Assembly (NCBI GenBank): GCA_051362555.1
Contig: CM120640.1
Location: 42,944,788 to 43,008,787 of the forward strand
Direction: 5' to 3'
Length of the DNA: 64,000 bases
DNA from: Lingula anatina
Taxonomy: Eukaryota > Animalia > Brachiopoda
In this document: piece after piece, positions 1 to 13,972 of the stretch
Numbering within the stretch: the stretch's first letter is position 1
Layout of the letters: every line of letters begins with the position of its first letter
Translations under genes and position numbers: made by a program
The notes under the pieces: model-generated
Seen by the model: the letters and a program-made list of their open reading frames with translations, nothing else
What the model was told of the DNA's origin: nothing
The model's database searches: none

Positions 1-35
1 GATGATGCCACATTTAGCTTACACTGCATGCTTAC

Positions 36-3000
36 CCTACTGCTCTTGGTAAATTTGTCAACTGATTGGATTGCACTACAAGCTTAGTCAGCTCCCTCAA
101 AAAACCTGTAAATTCAAGAATACATAAATTACACATATGCAAAAAAAAAAAAAAAAAGAAACAACTTTAGAATTGCAACAATCAAGCATTTTTAAAAACA
201 AAATGGTGTGTGTGTGTCAACATATAAAGGTGTTTACCGATCTCTTGCGGCAAGGATTCCAGTTTATTTTCTTCCAGATCTAAGACCCGTAGTTTCTTCA
301 AATTGCCCATGCTACTTGGAAGCCTCTGAAAAAAGCAAAGAATATTTATCAATTACAGTACACTACGTTGTTAGTTAGACAGCTGACATTCAAAGGGCAA
401 TCAAGTTTTACATAGCAGTTTTTGTTAACTCAAGAGGTCATAATTGTCAGCACTGAATATTATGACTCTTAATAATTTGTTCTTTGTTTGTTTTTATTTA
501 TATTTTATTTTATGGGTGCAGTCAGCACATTTTAAGTGTCCAGTTATAAGCTGGTGCTGTTTCCCTGAATATTTCTTTGTTGGGTTACATCAGGAATATT
601 TCTCATGATAGGAGGGTGGTTGGAGCTGCAATTCACATACATGAGTTTGTTGTTGGGTTTTCTGTACAGCTGGTGTATCCACATTTTCATATTTTTATCA
701 TTATACTTTTTTTAAGTAATTTTACATGAATAGATGGCATCTTTCTGTGTAGGGATATAAAGTTACTTACTCTCAGCAAATTGTTGCTCAATATAAGCAC
801 CTCTAAATTTTGTAGATTCTGTATGTCCTCATGAATTTTGGTCAACTGGTTAGTGCCCAGGTTCAGCTCCACCATGTTCACCCATGTGCCGATGTCTGGA
901 AAGAAAGACAGATGTGCCTGTTTATGTCCTTTTTTTTTTTTGGAATTCCTTCAGGACCACTGATGATTACAATCAAGTTCAATTCTCAGAATTTGTGAAT
1001 GTCTACAAACACTGCCAAGAATTATTTACATTCCCAGTTTCTTGTTATAAAAGGAAAAAAAACAGCTCACTTAAACACACATGGGTATTTATTATCAGAC
1101 CTTTTTATACATTACAATCAAGAAAGTACCATAACCTTGTAATTCAAGGCACTTTGTAAACAGGTGACTGACCTAGAATCGTGTCAAATTAAAATTTCCA
1201 GGTAAGCCATCTTCTAAATGAGGGATGTCAATGAAAGTTTGATGTCAACAAACTACTTTCTTCCTAGCTAGTCACTGTTGTGGTAATAACATAATAACAT
1301 GGGATGGGCGATTTGCAGTTTCATTCAATGGTTTGACAATTGGCATTTTCACGATCGATTTTTTCAGCGAATCACTGTAATGTGTCGCTTTCATGCACGC
1401 CATCCTGCATAACAAGGTTTCTGTTTTCATTCCAAATCCAGGATGTGTCTGAGACATGCAATAATACATAGGTTTTCAATTCAAATATTAATTTTTTTTA
1501 TATCAGCATGACAGCTGATGACACAAATAGGACTAGAAATATGTTACAGGCTCAAACATCTTCTAACGGAGGTAAAAACAGAACATTTTAAAGATGCATA
1601 TGAAGTCAATTTTTTTTTTTCCACAAAAGCCAACCAAATGCCAGCATATAGTTTCAAGTAGTATAACTAAGAGAATTACCAAAAGGCGTTGTTTAATTTT
1701 TACCCAAAAATGATGTATGAATGGATTTTTCTGCTAGCATTTTATCCTGTATATCAATGGAGCAGAAAAGTAGGTCATGTAAGTAGGTTAAATTTCTGAC
1801 TAAAAATTTAAAGGGGCAGTATAAAGCTCTTTTATGTCTGATCCAGTGATTTATTCAGTTTATCCCTTGGCATTTCAAATTTATTTGTGATATATAAGAA
1901 ATGGTAGAAGTGGTTGATACATGTAACTGGGAATCCATGCTCCACTGATGCTCAGTTCATTTGTACCTTTAAACCTTCCTTATTATAGTGATTTTTAGAG
2001 AACTAAATCAACATTTTATCCAAACTTTGTATCCTGTATAAGTGCTTTCTTTAAAGAAAAAATTTGTTATTTATTAATTTTTATTTATTCATTATTATTG
2101 TTATCAATATTTTTTTTTATCTTATAAGTATTAATAACTGTTTCTTTTAAATTTTTTTACTTAGACTGATTTTCATGTTTGAATTCACGCCTCTTGCTCG
2201 AATATAAAAAGTAACCACAGATATACAAAGTGCAAAAGTATGAAAATCTGTTGTTTTTTCCAAAACAATGAAACAGCTTAGCTATACCCACCTAATGGTA
2301 ATGAAGTGAGTTGGTTATCCTTCATATTGAGTTTGGCGAGACTTGGAGCCCTTGAAAAGATTCCAAATGGAATCTTGTTGATCTGATTGTGTTCCATGTT
2401 TATGGACTGAAATAATGAAGTATCACAAATGATTTAAGTGCAATCTCATTACATTTACTCTTTTTTAACCCTAAAATTTATCAAGATTTAAATGTTATTT
2501 TCATTAAGACTACATATAAAGAGGAAATACAAGGCGGCACCTTGTTAAAGATATGACCAAAAATGATCGCTCAATTTCAACAAAATAGTCTTTTTTAAAG
2601 TTTGTTTTCAGGAATTGTTTGCGTGTTTTATAACCAAAACCTTTGAACATTTTACCAAGATATCCAGTCATAGTGACCTTATCACTTACATAAGCTGAAC
2701 AGAACTGTGAGGGGCCTCCTGCTGGGTATGAGGTAAATGCATTTCTGGACACTGTGATTGTGGTCAAGTTGGTTAAACTAGATAATAAGCCCTCCTGGAA
2801 GACAGACCAATCAAATGCAAGTTATATCAGAAAATACTGTTACCAAAACAACTTGCTTTACTATCATAAATCTTAGATAAAGATGATTTTTTGTTCCAAG
2901 AAATTTATCAAGTTTTATTAAATTTTCACACTTCTGTAGTAAGCACTGACAACAAATGCCACCCAGACAATGCGGTGCTGATGGTTACTTACAGGCAGTT

Positions 3001-6000
3001 GAGAAATATTGTTCCCTTCAACATTAAATTCTGGCATATTTACGCAATGAGCCAGAGATTTGGGGACACCTTTCAAACGGTTGTACCTGAAAACCAAACA
3101 TTTCGCTGTTAATAAAACAGATATGCAGCTTTTGTCTGATTTTGGATGACTTGATTCCAAAACTTTTTTCTTGAACAAGGACTATACCAAAATACAAAAC
3201 AGGAATACTTGTTATTTTTATTGTAAAATAATAACAATAAAATTATGCCTAATTTTTCTTACCTCAACCCTAGCCTTGTGAGTGAGCGAAGATTACCTAT
3301 AGATTCAGGGATGTCTAACAATTCATTGTGTTGTAAATCTAGAGAGTTCAACTGGACACAGTGACCAATTTCTGTAAAAAAACAAGAACAACTCAAAATG
3401 ATAAGAAAGCTGGAAAAGAATAAAACCCAGTTGCACTGGAATAAGTTTAGCTCAATCAGACATTTGAATTCATTAATCAATGATAGATTTGGAAAAACGC
3501 AGTTAAATATTTTCCCTCTTACATAAAGCAAAATTGTGTTTGTATTTGGCTTAAACTCACTATCATGCGACAGCTACATGCACAGAGGATCATAATTGTG
3601 AATCCATCATCATATTGCTACAGAAAGTAGGATGACTTTTTAATGAACTTTGAGGAGGGCCACACTCTACATTTTTTCATCATTAACAATCCCCATCTGC
3701 CCACATTGAAACATTCTCACGCAAGTTTTTTTTAACCTAAAGATTGTTTACCAAAAACACATCCTCTTCCAGTGTAAAAATTGAGGACAAATAATTCAGT
3801 ATTAAGGTCAAACATGTGCACTTGGGATCTATCAGGAGAAACCAAAAATATTAAAACACTTCCTCCTTGTTTATGTGGGCTGCTTAGAGTAAGGTTGTGT
3901 TCATATCAGGACTAACTCAGGCCAGATACCACACTGACTGAAGTCACTAGATCACCATATAACTTAATATGGGAGTCCCTACATAATCTGGATGTGGGTG
4001 ATGTCAATTAGTCTCCTTTCTGATCCAACTTAGTCCTAATGTGAACAGGACCTCAAATAAAAACAACCATGGTCTGGCGACAGAGAATTTACATTAAATA
4101 TCGATAAAACCTATTACGGAGGCATTTCAATACAGATAATGTGCTTTAATTGCAATGCTCTTCTTTAAAACTGCAGTACCAGTGAATACAGGAAGAGTTT
4201 CAGCAAAGGGAAGCTGCTCAATGAAGATCTCAGACATCGAACCCATCCTTATGAAGATTGTTTAATTTTTTGTCAAAATGTCTGCTTTAATTTGAAGTAT
4301 ATATAATTTTCACACAAGATCTAAATTTAATGCCATAGCAGAGAAAATTGATTCAATATAAAAAATGCTTCAGTATGAAAGTTGAATGTAACAATTTTCT
4401 TTGAAATGAAAATTTCATATTAAGAAAAGCATTGCCTGACAAAACAAAATATATCTACCTCAGTTATACTTATAAAAAGAAATCCAGGACACTGGATTTT
4501 CATTGACTCAGCCATGCAGCACACAATATGTGTCAAGGATATATGTCCTTCAAAGTTAGCCCCCCCCCCCCAAAAAAAAAAAAAAAAAATCACCCACCTT
4601 CTGGTAAATGTTCTAAATGGTTATGTGAGACATCAAACGTAACAAGATGCACCAGTTTGCCGATGCCTCTGGGAAGTTCACGGATCTTATTTTCTCTGAG
4701 ACTCAGCATTGTCAGGTGCTGGAAACAAAGATGTCAAAAATAGAAAAAAATCAGAAATCTTCAGATTGATTTTAGCACAATATCAAATAACACTGGTTGA
4801 TGTTAGTGGGATTCAGGTTGCAGAGACCGGGAATAAAGTACAGAGCAGACTTTAATGGTAATTCCAGGGATTGTTTTAACACACTTGTTCATAAATGGTA
4901 CAAGGAATCCAGGGCCTCACTCTCCAGGTGTTATTAAATCGAAAGTGGAATCATCCCACTCTATGTTATCTATAGGTTTACAATCTATTTTTGAGTTTGC
5001 AATACTTGATTCTAGGTTTGCTTAAATTTGGTGTCGTATACCAGACCAAGAAATTTGGATGTTATTCCCATACCTGGCTAAATGCTTTGTAAGAACAACA
5101 GTCAGGTAAGTGACTATTTTAAACAACTTTCTGAGAATAACTGCAGTATTTTTCTTTTAAATTGTAAAATGCTGAAGAATTTGGGGAAAAAAATATATCA
5201 CAGAAGAAAGATGTTTTTGCAGGGTTATAATTAATATATCCTTCACTTTATAAACTTAAACCTTCATCTTATTAAAGTCTCTCTTACACAAAATAAAAAT
5301 ATAATGGAGCACCTTATCAAACACTACTTACAGTCAAATTTCTAATTTCTTCAGACACCACTTTGATTCTGTTAAACCTTAGAAATAAGGTTGTCAATGA
5401 TGTTAAACTATATACAACATCTGGGATCTGAAAAAAGAAACAAAATGAAAAATGATTAATAGATCTACACAGTTATCATAAACACACCATTTGAGAATCC
5501 TTAGCACCCCCTCAGGAGATACTACCCCTATTTCACAAAACATGAACTTACGGCTTCAAAATAACATCAATTTTATATATGCTTCAAAATGATCCCCTCA
5601 AGTTCAAAAACGGTTATGTCATGACAACTGCCTGGTTTCAAGTTTTCTATAAAGAGCCAAGTCGTCAATGTGAATATAACTTTAAGGGGCCATTCAGAAA
5701 AGATGATCCCAGTACTAACTGATCTGCCAACTAAATATGGCCGACCCCACTTCAAAAACGATGCCATTGATTCCCGATGGTCCCCCTGCCTCCACACATG
5801 CCATTAAACAGATAACATCTTGGCTCCAAGGTTTTAATTGCTAGGCCCCTGCAATCCCCATGACTTTAACTTCAAGACAATGCCTTTAACAATTACCTCA
5901 TTTAATTTGTTATGCCTAAGATCCAGAACCTTGACCTTTTCTAAACAGGATAATGACGGTGGCAAACTCATCAAAGAATTTTCACTCAGCGCTAATGTTT

Positions 6001-9000
6001 GAAGATTCTTCAAGTAGCCAATCTCCTGTGGCAGGCTGACCAGGCGATTACCATATAAGTAGAACTCCTCTAACTGGGTCAAATCTTTCACCGATGTTGG
6101 GAGGACAGTAATCTGAAAATTAAGTTACAGAATTAATAATGAAACTGCCAATGCATTTAATACCACTATTGCTAAATTCTTCGATGAAACAAATACATTT
6201 GGAATGTAAAATTCTGAATACCCACAAGTGTCATAAATTTATGCATATATGCAATGTCTGATGATAAAAAGACAATGTACCAATGTTGTGAAAACAACTG
6301 TAAATGTTGCAGTGCATTTGAAATTATTTACTGCGTATATCCAAGGTCAATTAACCAAGCAATATTTAAGGTACATCCACCTTCATCTCTACATAAAAAC
6401 ACTTGCCAATTTCCCACACATCTCTTAAAAATGTGAAAAACCATGTTTACTGTGAATCTTTCAATGCTCTTTGACTGGTCTACTTTCAGATGTGGTTAAT
6501 TTTTTTCCTAACCTGAGATTTACTGAGATCAAGTCTTGTAGAGCCATCCTCCTTACACTTCTGAAATTCCTTCGACACATCCTATAAAGAGAAATTAACA
6601 ACGGTAAAATAAAATTCATGAGTTGAAATGTTATATCTAATTCGTTTGCACAGTAATGCACGACAGAATTTTACGTAAAATTTGAAATATGTCCACTTCC
6701 AGATTTTTGTGGAAAAGAATTGATACTAGATACTGAATTGGTATAATAAACAGTCCCAGACATAATCATTACTAATTTTCAGACCATGAAAAAAAGAGTA
6801 AACAAATCTTAAAAACTGACAGCTAACAAGTGAGGCAATGTGAACTGATATCTAAATAATACATTTTTTCACAATGATTATAAGAAATGAACCTGAAACT
6901 TTTTACATAAAATGTTTAATACATTTTATTGCTTTCCTATGGCATGCCATCAGAAGCATTCTTATCAGCTGTGATTCATTCCGATCAATGTACCTTTAAC
7001 TCAATCTTTTGTTGGTTCATTTTCAAAAAAAAAAAAAAAAAAAATGCCCATTTAAATTTCATCATTCCTTTTTCACTGGAAAGGGCAGCATTTGACTACT
7101 GTCTCAACAGAGAGGTTCAGCAGCCAGCAACTGGGCCAGAGAAGTATTCCAAGTAATGAAGGAAATAAGACAAGGGGATCAGGTGGGACATTGTTTACAA
7201 AGGCTCTTAGCTGTGTATTCAAAAAATTATTGCTATCATTACATTCTTTGCAAATAACTAAGAAAAGTCTAGATGATGACCACGATATAATGGAGAAGAC
7301 TTTTAGTCCTTACATAAATCTTCGATTCAGATATAAATGAAACAAATTTCAGAAGATCTCCATTCTGCAAGTGATTCATGATAAACCTGTACCTTTTTAA
7401 TGCTGCTGTTTGAGGGGAAAACCAACTTGTTTAATGTCCTTCACTGTCCAAAAATCTGTGGGGTTCTTAATATGACAACCCCCTCGAAGGTTTGTGGTTG
7501 TTTAAAACATGTACTAGTCTTGGACTTTTCACCTAATCAACATTCCTACTTTTGAACACAGTGCTCTTCTTTCAAACCAAAGCATGGCTCCATATGTGAG
7601 ATATTACAGTGTATTACCTTTATAATTCTACACCCAGATCTAGTAACAAACAGGAATCTAGTCATTCACGGACAAGCTTTGAAGTCTTTAAATATACCTA
7701 AACATTGGGCTAGAACAATTCATAACTTACCAAGTCTGCTTTATGAGTGGGTCTCTTCCCTGCTCCCGGAGTCTTGGCCTTATTGTGCCCCGGTTGCTTC
7801 ACCCTCACCTGCTTTTCCCGAGCTTCCTCAGCACCAAACTGGATTGAAGCTGTACTGGCCTTCTTATCCTACAACATCCACATGATAAGCACAATTCATT
7901 GTATTTACAAAAGCATGTGTAGAAAAAACAAGTGACTTGAGAAACCTTTCTAAGACAGATGAGTTAGCATTAACTGTACTCAAGTGATTAAGAAGCAAAG
8001 GACATAACAATCATGAGAAAATACCTCATATCTTCAGCAGAAATATAAGAGAGCACTTTCTCTGCATCTTCAGAATTTCAATCAATACCATTCCAAGGAT
8101 GGGACAAGGATAATTCAACCTATTTTAAGTACATATGACTTTAAAAATCTCAAGACCAGTCCATTTGTACTTTTTCTGAATTGTGCCAAATATATATGCA
8201 CCTTTGGCACACACTGATGACTATGGTCTTAAGGGCATGTCTTTGGGATTTTACAAAGGGCAATATCATCAAAATAAATGCAATCTATTCATAAGGTTTT
8301 AAACATCAATACTTGTATTCTAGCTATGGAGTTCAACATCTGAATACAAAGTCTTTAATTTCTGACATTTTGTAAAGCAGACAGGAAAATTTCACCAACC
8401 TTGTGACATGACAAAATATGACACGTCCCAAGATCTCTGACATGCCAGTGCTTTATTAAACAGAAATGCCATTTGCACATTAAACTGGACCCCAGGAATA
8501 GATAACTCCCCATCAATTATTTTCAAGCTGTATCTGGGGTTATTCACCTTGAACTCCCTGGTCATATTACACAGACAGAACTGGCGAACTGGTTAAACAG
8601 AATTTCCAGGAACTAGACACCACCTTATATTTCAGGGGTATCTCAGCAGATGGTGACTGCTTAAAGATAAAGAGTTTATTAAAGTTAATTGCTAGTTTGC
8701 AATGTGGCCCCTGGATGAACAGGTTATGCCAGGCCAGACAAGTGCAGATACCCTACTCAATGGATACAACCTGCACATTTGCACAGATCCATTATATTGA
8801 AAATTGGGAAAATGGCAACAATCCCTGGGGTTTGGCTCTGCAGATTCACTGTGCTAGATTCCCAGGCCAGCTAGATCAGGCATAATGACATACTAGTGGC
8901 CTGGTTGAGGCTCCTCATATGCTGCACAGAGAGCTGCTGCCAGACTGGGAAGGTGACACACGGTAAACCATAAAATCGGAAACATTCAAAATATGTTCCC

Positions 9001-12000
9001 AATACCGTGCAGGCTTCAAACCTGCACGATTGGCATTGTGGGTTTTCATGAGAGACATCTTCCCATCTGGCACCTCGGTTCACCTTGCTATGTCGATGCA
9101 CTACGCTAACTCGGTCATCTAACAAAGTTCTACTACACGTGCAAGAGGACTAGGATAGTTCACCGAATTTAATTTGCGAGAAATAATAAGAGCGCATTAT
9201 GCACAGACTTTAGTACATCGTAGCATCCTAGCCGTCCCTGGGAAAACTATCCAAGATAACTTACCATCTCATTGGCAGGCAGATACAATGATTTTCAATT
9301 AATCTGAAATACTGCACTAGCAATCTATTGGAATAATTTCCCAGAATGTGCTAAACCAGGTTGCCAAGGGCCAGATTTTTCTGGTAATCAGACATTGCTG
9401 CAGACTCCGTCAACTAGACTAAAATGGCGTAATGCTCATGTGACATAAGTAACTATGGTTACAGTTTAAATGGCAGATATGCAATGTGCGATAAAAGTGC
9501 GCAAACGTGCAGAGAAAGTTTTATTTTCCGGGTTAATAATGCAACTAGGCACTCAACTTTCCCTATACTCATTGCCAGGGTAGCTACTAAGCATGTTCTA
9601 GATGAAAAAAAAATCCCCGAGTGTTTACATACCAGGATACATAAAGCAGAATTTTATTCCATTTATCATATATCAACATCTTAATATAGCCCAGTTCTGA
9701 CTTGCCATTGTATTTCATCAGCACACGGATGTCTAAGAGAGACCAGCTTGAATATATTGAACCTGAATGACAAAGGGGATCTATGTGATTTTGCCTCCAT
9801 CTTGAATAACTGAAACTCCTGCCCATTTTCAACAATAGAGGGCAGCATGGTCTGAAAGCTTACATGCCATTAGCCATGCATTCCTTGGTCCACCCACATA
9901 AAATCACAGAATCGGTAACTTGTTCTGTGAAATGCTGTGATTATGAAAAGGTCAACTGCTTGACAAATGACAACTCATTCTTAATAACAAAGCTATTGGC
10001 TCACGTGTGCATTATCATAGAAAACATATTATTAAATCAGAGACAGACAACACAAAGTGAGATTTTTTCTAATCTTCCACTGAATAAAGAATGTATCTGA
10101 TGACAGCAAGAATTGACCTTCCTGCCAATAACATGATATCTTATTTAAAAGTATTAAATGGTTGAGAGACATGATGGGAATAACTTTAATATCAGTAAAT
10201 ATAACAAAACATTTTTTTCATCAACACATGTATTCAAATTGAGCCATTTTTACAAAATGCTACTAAACAAAGAGATCAAAATGGCAATTATGTAAACCCT
10301 GCTATTCCAAATGTTATAACATTATTTAATTCTGATCAGACCTATTCTTTTCAATGTTGGTTGGTCTTGCTATTGATGTAGTTCAATGGCAACGAAAAAA
10401 AAAAAAAAAAAAAAAAAAAACTTTTAGAGGAAAATAACTAAACAGAAACAATTCAAGAGATTTTATGCTGGACTGTTACCCCAGACACTGGCACCTTACG
10501 TCTATTTGCACTATAACCATTCCCACACCAAGTGATTATTCAAGCAACCACTGCCATGAAGGTCTTGTATCACACCTACTACATACACCCACCACAGATT
10601 ACTTCTCGCCCATTTAGTTAGCACATTCCTACAGATTTGATGTATCAGTTGCCCACATAGAAAGTTCAATTTCCACCCCTGTTCTTTCAGTTTCCATACT
10701 TTGCAAGGTTCAAACAGCTATAATTCTGGAATATCTCTTCCATTATTTTTGTGCAATTTTAAATAAAATTTATCAAATTTGCATGTTCCAAAGAATAATC
10801 AAAATACATTTCTGATCGTGTTACAGGGCATGTTTTACACCATTCATTGGTTTAATTGTAACTTTTCAGAGCTAGCTTTCAGTGCATCTTTTTATTTAAA
10901 TTTAATACTTTAATTTAGAAACATTTCACAAAAATTACTATTTACAGTTGTATACTGCATTACTGAGGCAAACATCAAACATCTTGCATTTTGCATAATA
11001 ATCACCTTATTCACCCATCTCCTAAAAGTCAAATCATGAAATAATAAATTGTTTCTTTATGATATTGAAAAAGATAATAGAAAAATAACATAATCAAGAG
11101 CCTTGTGCTTTTTTTGTATGTGTGTTTCAATTCAATGTTTTCTTTGTATAAATTCCAGGCATATTTCTCTTAAGTCTTCAATCTTGCGGTTTAAAAGTGA
11201 TTCAAAACTAACAAATACCTGAGCTCAATAAGCTTTTGATAAGTTTGAAGGCACTACCACTTACTTCCTTCAAAGGCAAAAGCCTCCTGTATTCATGTAG
11301 AGGGTACTATCAGTTCAGGTATGCATATATATGCAACTGTGTCAAATTGTTCAGCAGTGACAGATAGTTGCATCTCTAGATACCAATGCATGCTTTGAAT
11401 CAGATATTAAATGAGAGAATACTTGAAATATTTGGGTGTTTATAAAGTCATCTCCAGGCAAATAGTTATGCATTCTTTTCTTAACATCAACTGAAACAAG
11501 TTCAAAGGGTAACCAAAGCACTCAAGCAACCCCCTGTCCACCTTCTAATACTCTAGTAAGTTCAGCCAAGTCCATGTTTTAAATATACAGAATGGTTAAT
11601 GTTCCATGCAAACTGGCACCTGTCCTCTCAATTATTTCATAACACATTTTCTTTATCATTAAAAATGATAAAAGATCTTCTGTGTCCCAATAATTTTGAT
11701 CTTATACAGAATATTTTACAAACAAGTGCTGTCTGTTTTCAGAGATGGGTATTATCCATTTGCAAAGCGATTGTATAATTATCTAGGAATCTGACTGAAA
11801 ATTAATAGCAATGTTCATCTGCAAGCAATACCAAGAACATAATTAATGCTAAAACATCTTTTCAGGCATATTGGTTGTATATGGTACTGAATGCTTTTGA
11901 AAAATAATTATTATTTTTAATCACTTAATCTTATTCTAAAAGACACAACCATACATAGTTCAAACTTCAATTTTCCATACTTGATTGCAAAAGTCTGCTG

Positions 12001-13385
12001 TGGCATTTAAGCAATCTACAAGCAGTCAATTAAAAGAACATGGCAGATCAATTCTTGATTAAGTATGGATTTAGATAATAAGTCTGATACAAGTGCCAAG
12101 AAATTTTCCAACCTGTTTGCAGCAGCACCAGGAGATTAGTAACACATTTCAATGTCTTCCAATTCTTGATAATACCTGTGACAGTCAGATTTAAAGACCT
12201 TTGCCATAGCACATATGTATGAATTCAAAATAATTGTTTTTGAAAAGAAAAATGTGTAAGTGCTAAGAATTGCTCTTACATAAGATTTGCAGAGTAAGAA
12301 TATTATTTACTAAGTACAAGAGATTTTTCTCGCCATAGTTGTTCAATTCTTCCCTCACCCGACTGATATTAACTAAAAAGAGTCAAATCTTTGCAAGTTT
12401 TTTAAAAAAATTTTACTTGTCTATATATATTTATATTTTTTTATTGTCAACCCCTGTAGCAGCCAGTCTAGAAAGTAGTTGTCTGTAACTTAATTGTTGT
12501 TAAATATGGGTCATATGTTTGCATGTTTGCACTTTCTTTTCTTTTTCACACACACATAAATGTATACCCTTTTCCCTGAATATTTATTATTCTCATAATT
12601 CAACCTATTAAAGGTACATACGAACCGAGCATCGGTGGAGCGTGGATTCCCAGTAACACATGTAAACCACTTCTACTAGATTCTTATATGACTCAAATAA
12701 ATTCGACATGCCAAGGGATAAACTGAATTGATCACTCGATCAGCAATAAAAGACCTTTAGACTGCTCCTTTCTTTAAATTTGTGGTTGTAAATTTAACCT
12801 ACTTTCGTGACCTACTTTCCTGCCCCATTGACATACAGCTTAGAATGCCAGCAGAAAAATCCGTTCAAACATCATTTTCGGGTAAAATTAAACAATGCCT
12901 TTTGGTAATTCTCTTAGTTATACTACTTGAAACTATATGCTGGCATTTGGTTGGTTTTTGTGACAAAAAATTGACTTTGTATGCATCTTTAAATAAGGGT
13001 GTCAATTCATTTCTGTACCAATCTAAGAGTAAAACATATCACAAGAAGCTAATGGTCCAGTTGTTTAGGTGCAAAAGTATTTTCAAAACTTAATAAAATC
13101 AATGTATATTATCATACAAAGTCAAAAATTATTTTGAAGCCATATAGAATAGTAAAATATACAAAATTCAGAAATTAAATTCCAGGGGGCTTTTGCAGGT
13201 AAATGTTAATAAAACACTTCTCATACAAGATATCAGTGCTAGCTTTAAAATTCCCACTTTGGTAAACAAGTTCAGTCCAAGTGCATGAGCAATAAGGTCC
13301 CAAAAATATCTTTCAATGCACCGAGTGACCCTTCTAAAATGTCTGTGTTGTATTGACATTTACCCCTCAGTACAAAAAAGTGTGC

Positions 13386-13446
<61 letters not shown>

Positions 13447-13972
13447 CTCTTGTTCTTACCTCACCTTACCTTAAAATGACATTTCACATGAAAATGTAAA
13501 GCCTAGGGCAAAATTCAATATTTTTCTTTTTATTTATTTTCTCTCTCTTTGCCCAAATTAAATGGGGAAAAACTGGTACTTAATAAAATTTGGCAAAGAT
13601 ATGAAAAAAAATTCCGATATAATTTTCCACAAAAAAAAAAAAAAAAAAAACTCTTAAATGTGTTTTTCACATGAACAAATTATGAGAGAAGCACTTTACC
13701 TTCAGTGGCTCCTTTTCTCTCACATAAATTCCTTCAATCCCTGAGGTAACATCTACTATATCATGCATGCCACTGGGGCTGGTATTGTCATAGTCCTGTG
13801 CTCCAGGAGAGCCAGCCAAACTGCTAGGGCCAGGTTGGCCTGCCATAACTGTACAGCCTTGACTAGGAACAGGGGTAGCGTAGTCTTTAGATCCGGTGTA
13901 ATCAGCGAGACGAGAAGCAACTCCTGGACTTGACATGTCCGGTTTTCCTTTACTGGTTGTCCTCTTTAGCAT
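36..13972 (-). CDS. SHOC2: Leucine-rich repeat protein SHOC2/SUR-8 (RAS-PP1 scaffold), 3'-partial (continues past window start)
   Basis: Phase-consistent GT-AG exons: 13972-13700, 7868-7731, 6581-6513, 6112-5897, 5427-5332, 4718-4598, 3371-3263, 3086-2993, 2794-2690, 2406-2292, 895-771, 325-238, 105-36 (1619 nt). Translation has hallmark SHOC2 stretches: [114 protein letters not shown]. Confidence 0.96.
3892..4053. mobile_element. MITE with ~24-bp imperfect TIRs (PIF/Harbinger-like ends) in a SHOC2 intron
   Basis: Left end AGGTTGTGTTCATATCAGGACTAA versus reverse complement of right end AGGTCCTGTTCACATTAGGACTAA. Confidence 0.65.
13391..13443. repeat. (TA)n microsatellite
   Basis: Uninterrupted TA run. 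Confidence 0.95.

Noticed and set aside
1300-1406. Short GGGATGGGCG...CGCCATCC inverted repeat in a SHOC2 intron
   Set aside because: Too short and degenerate, no target duplication; cannot be called an element.
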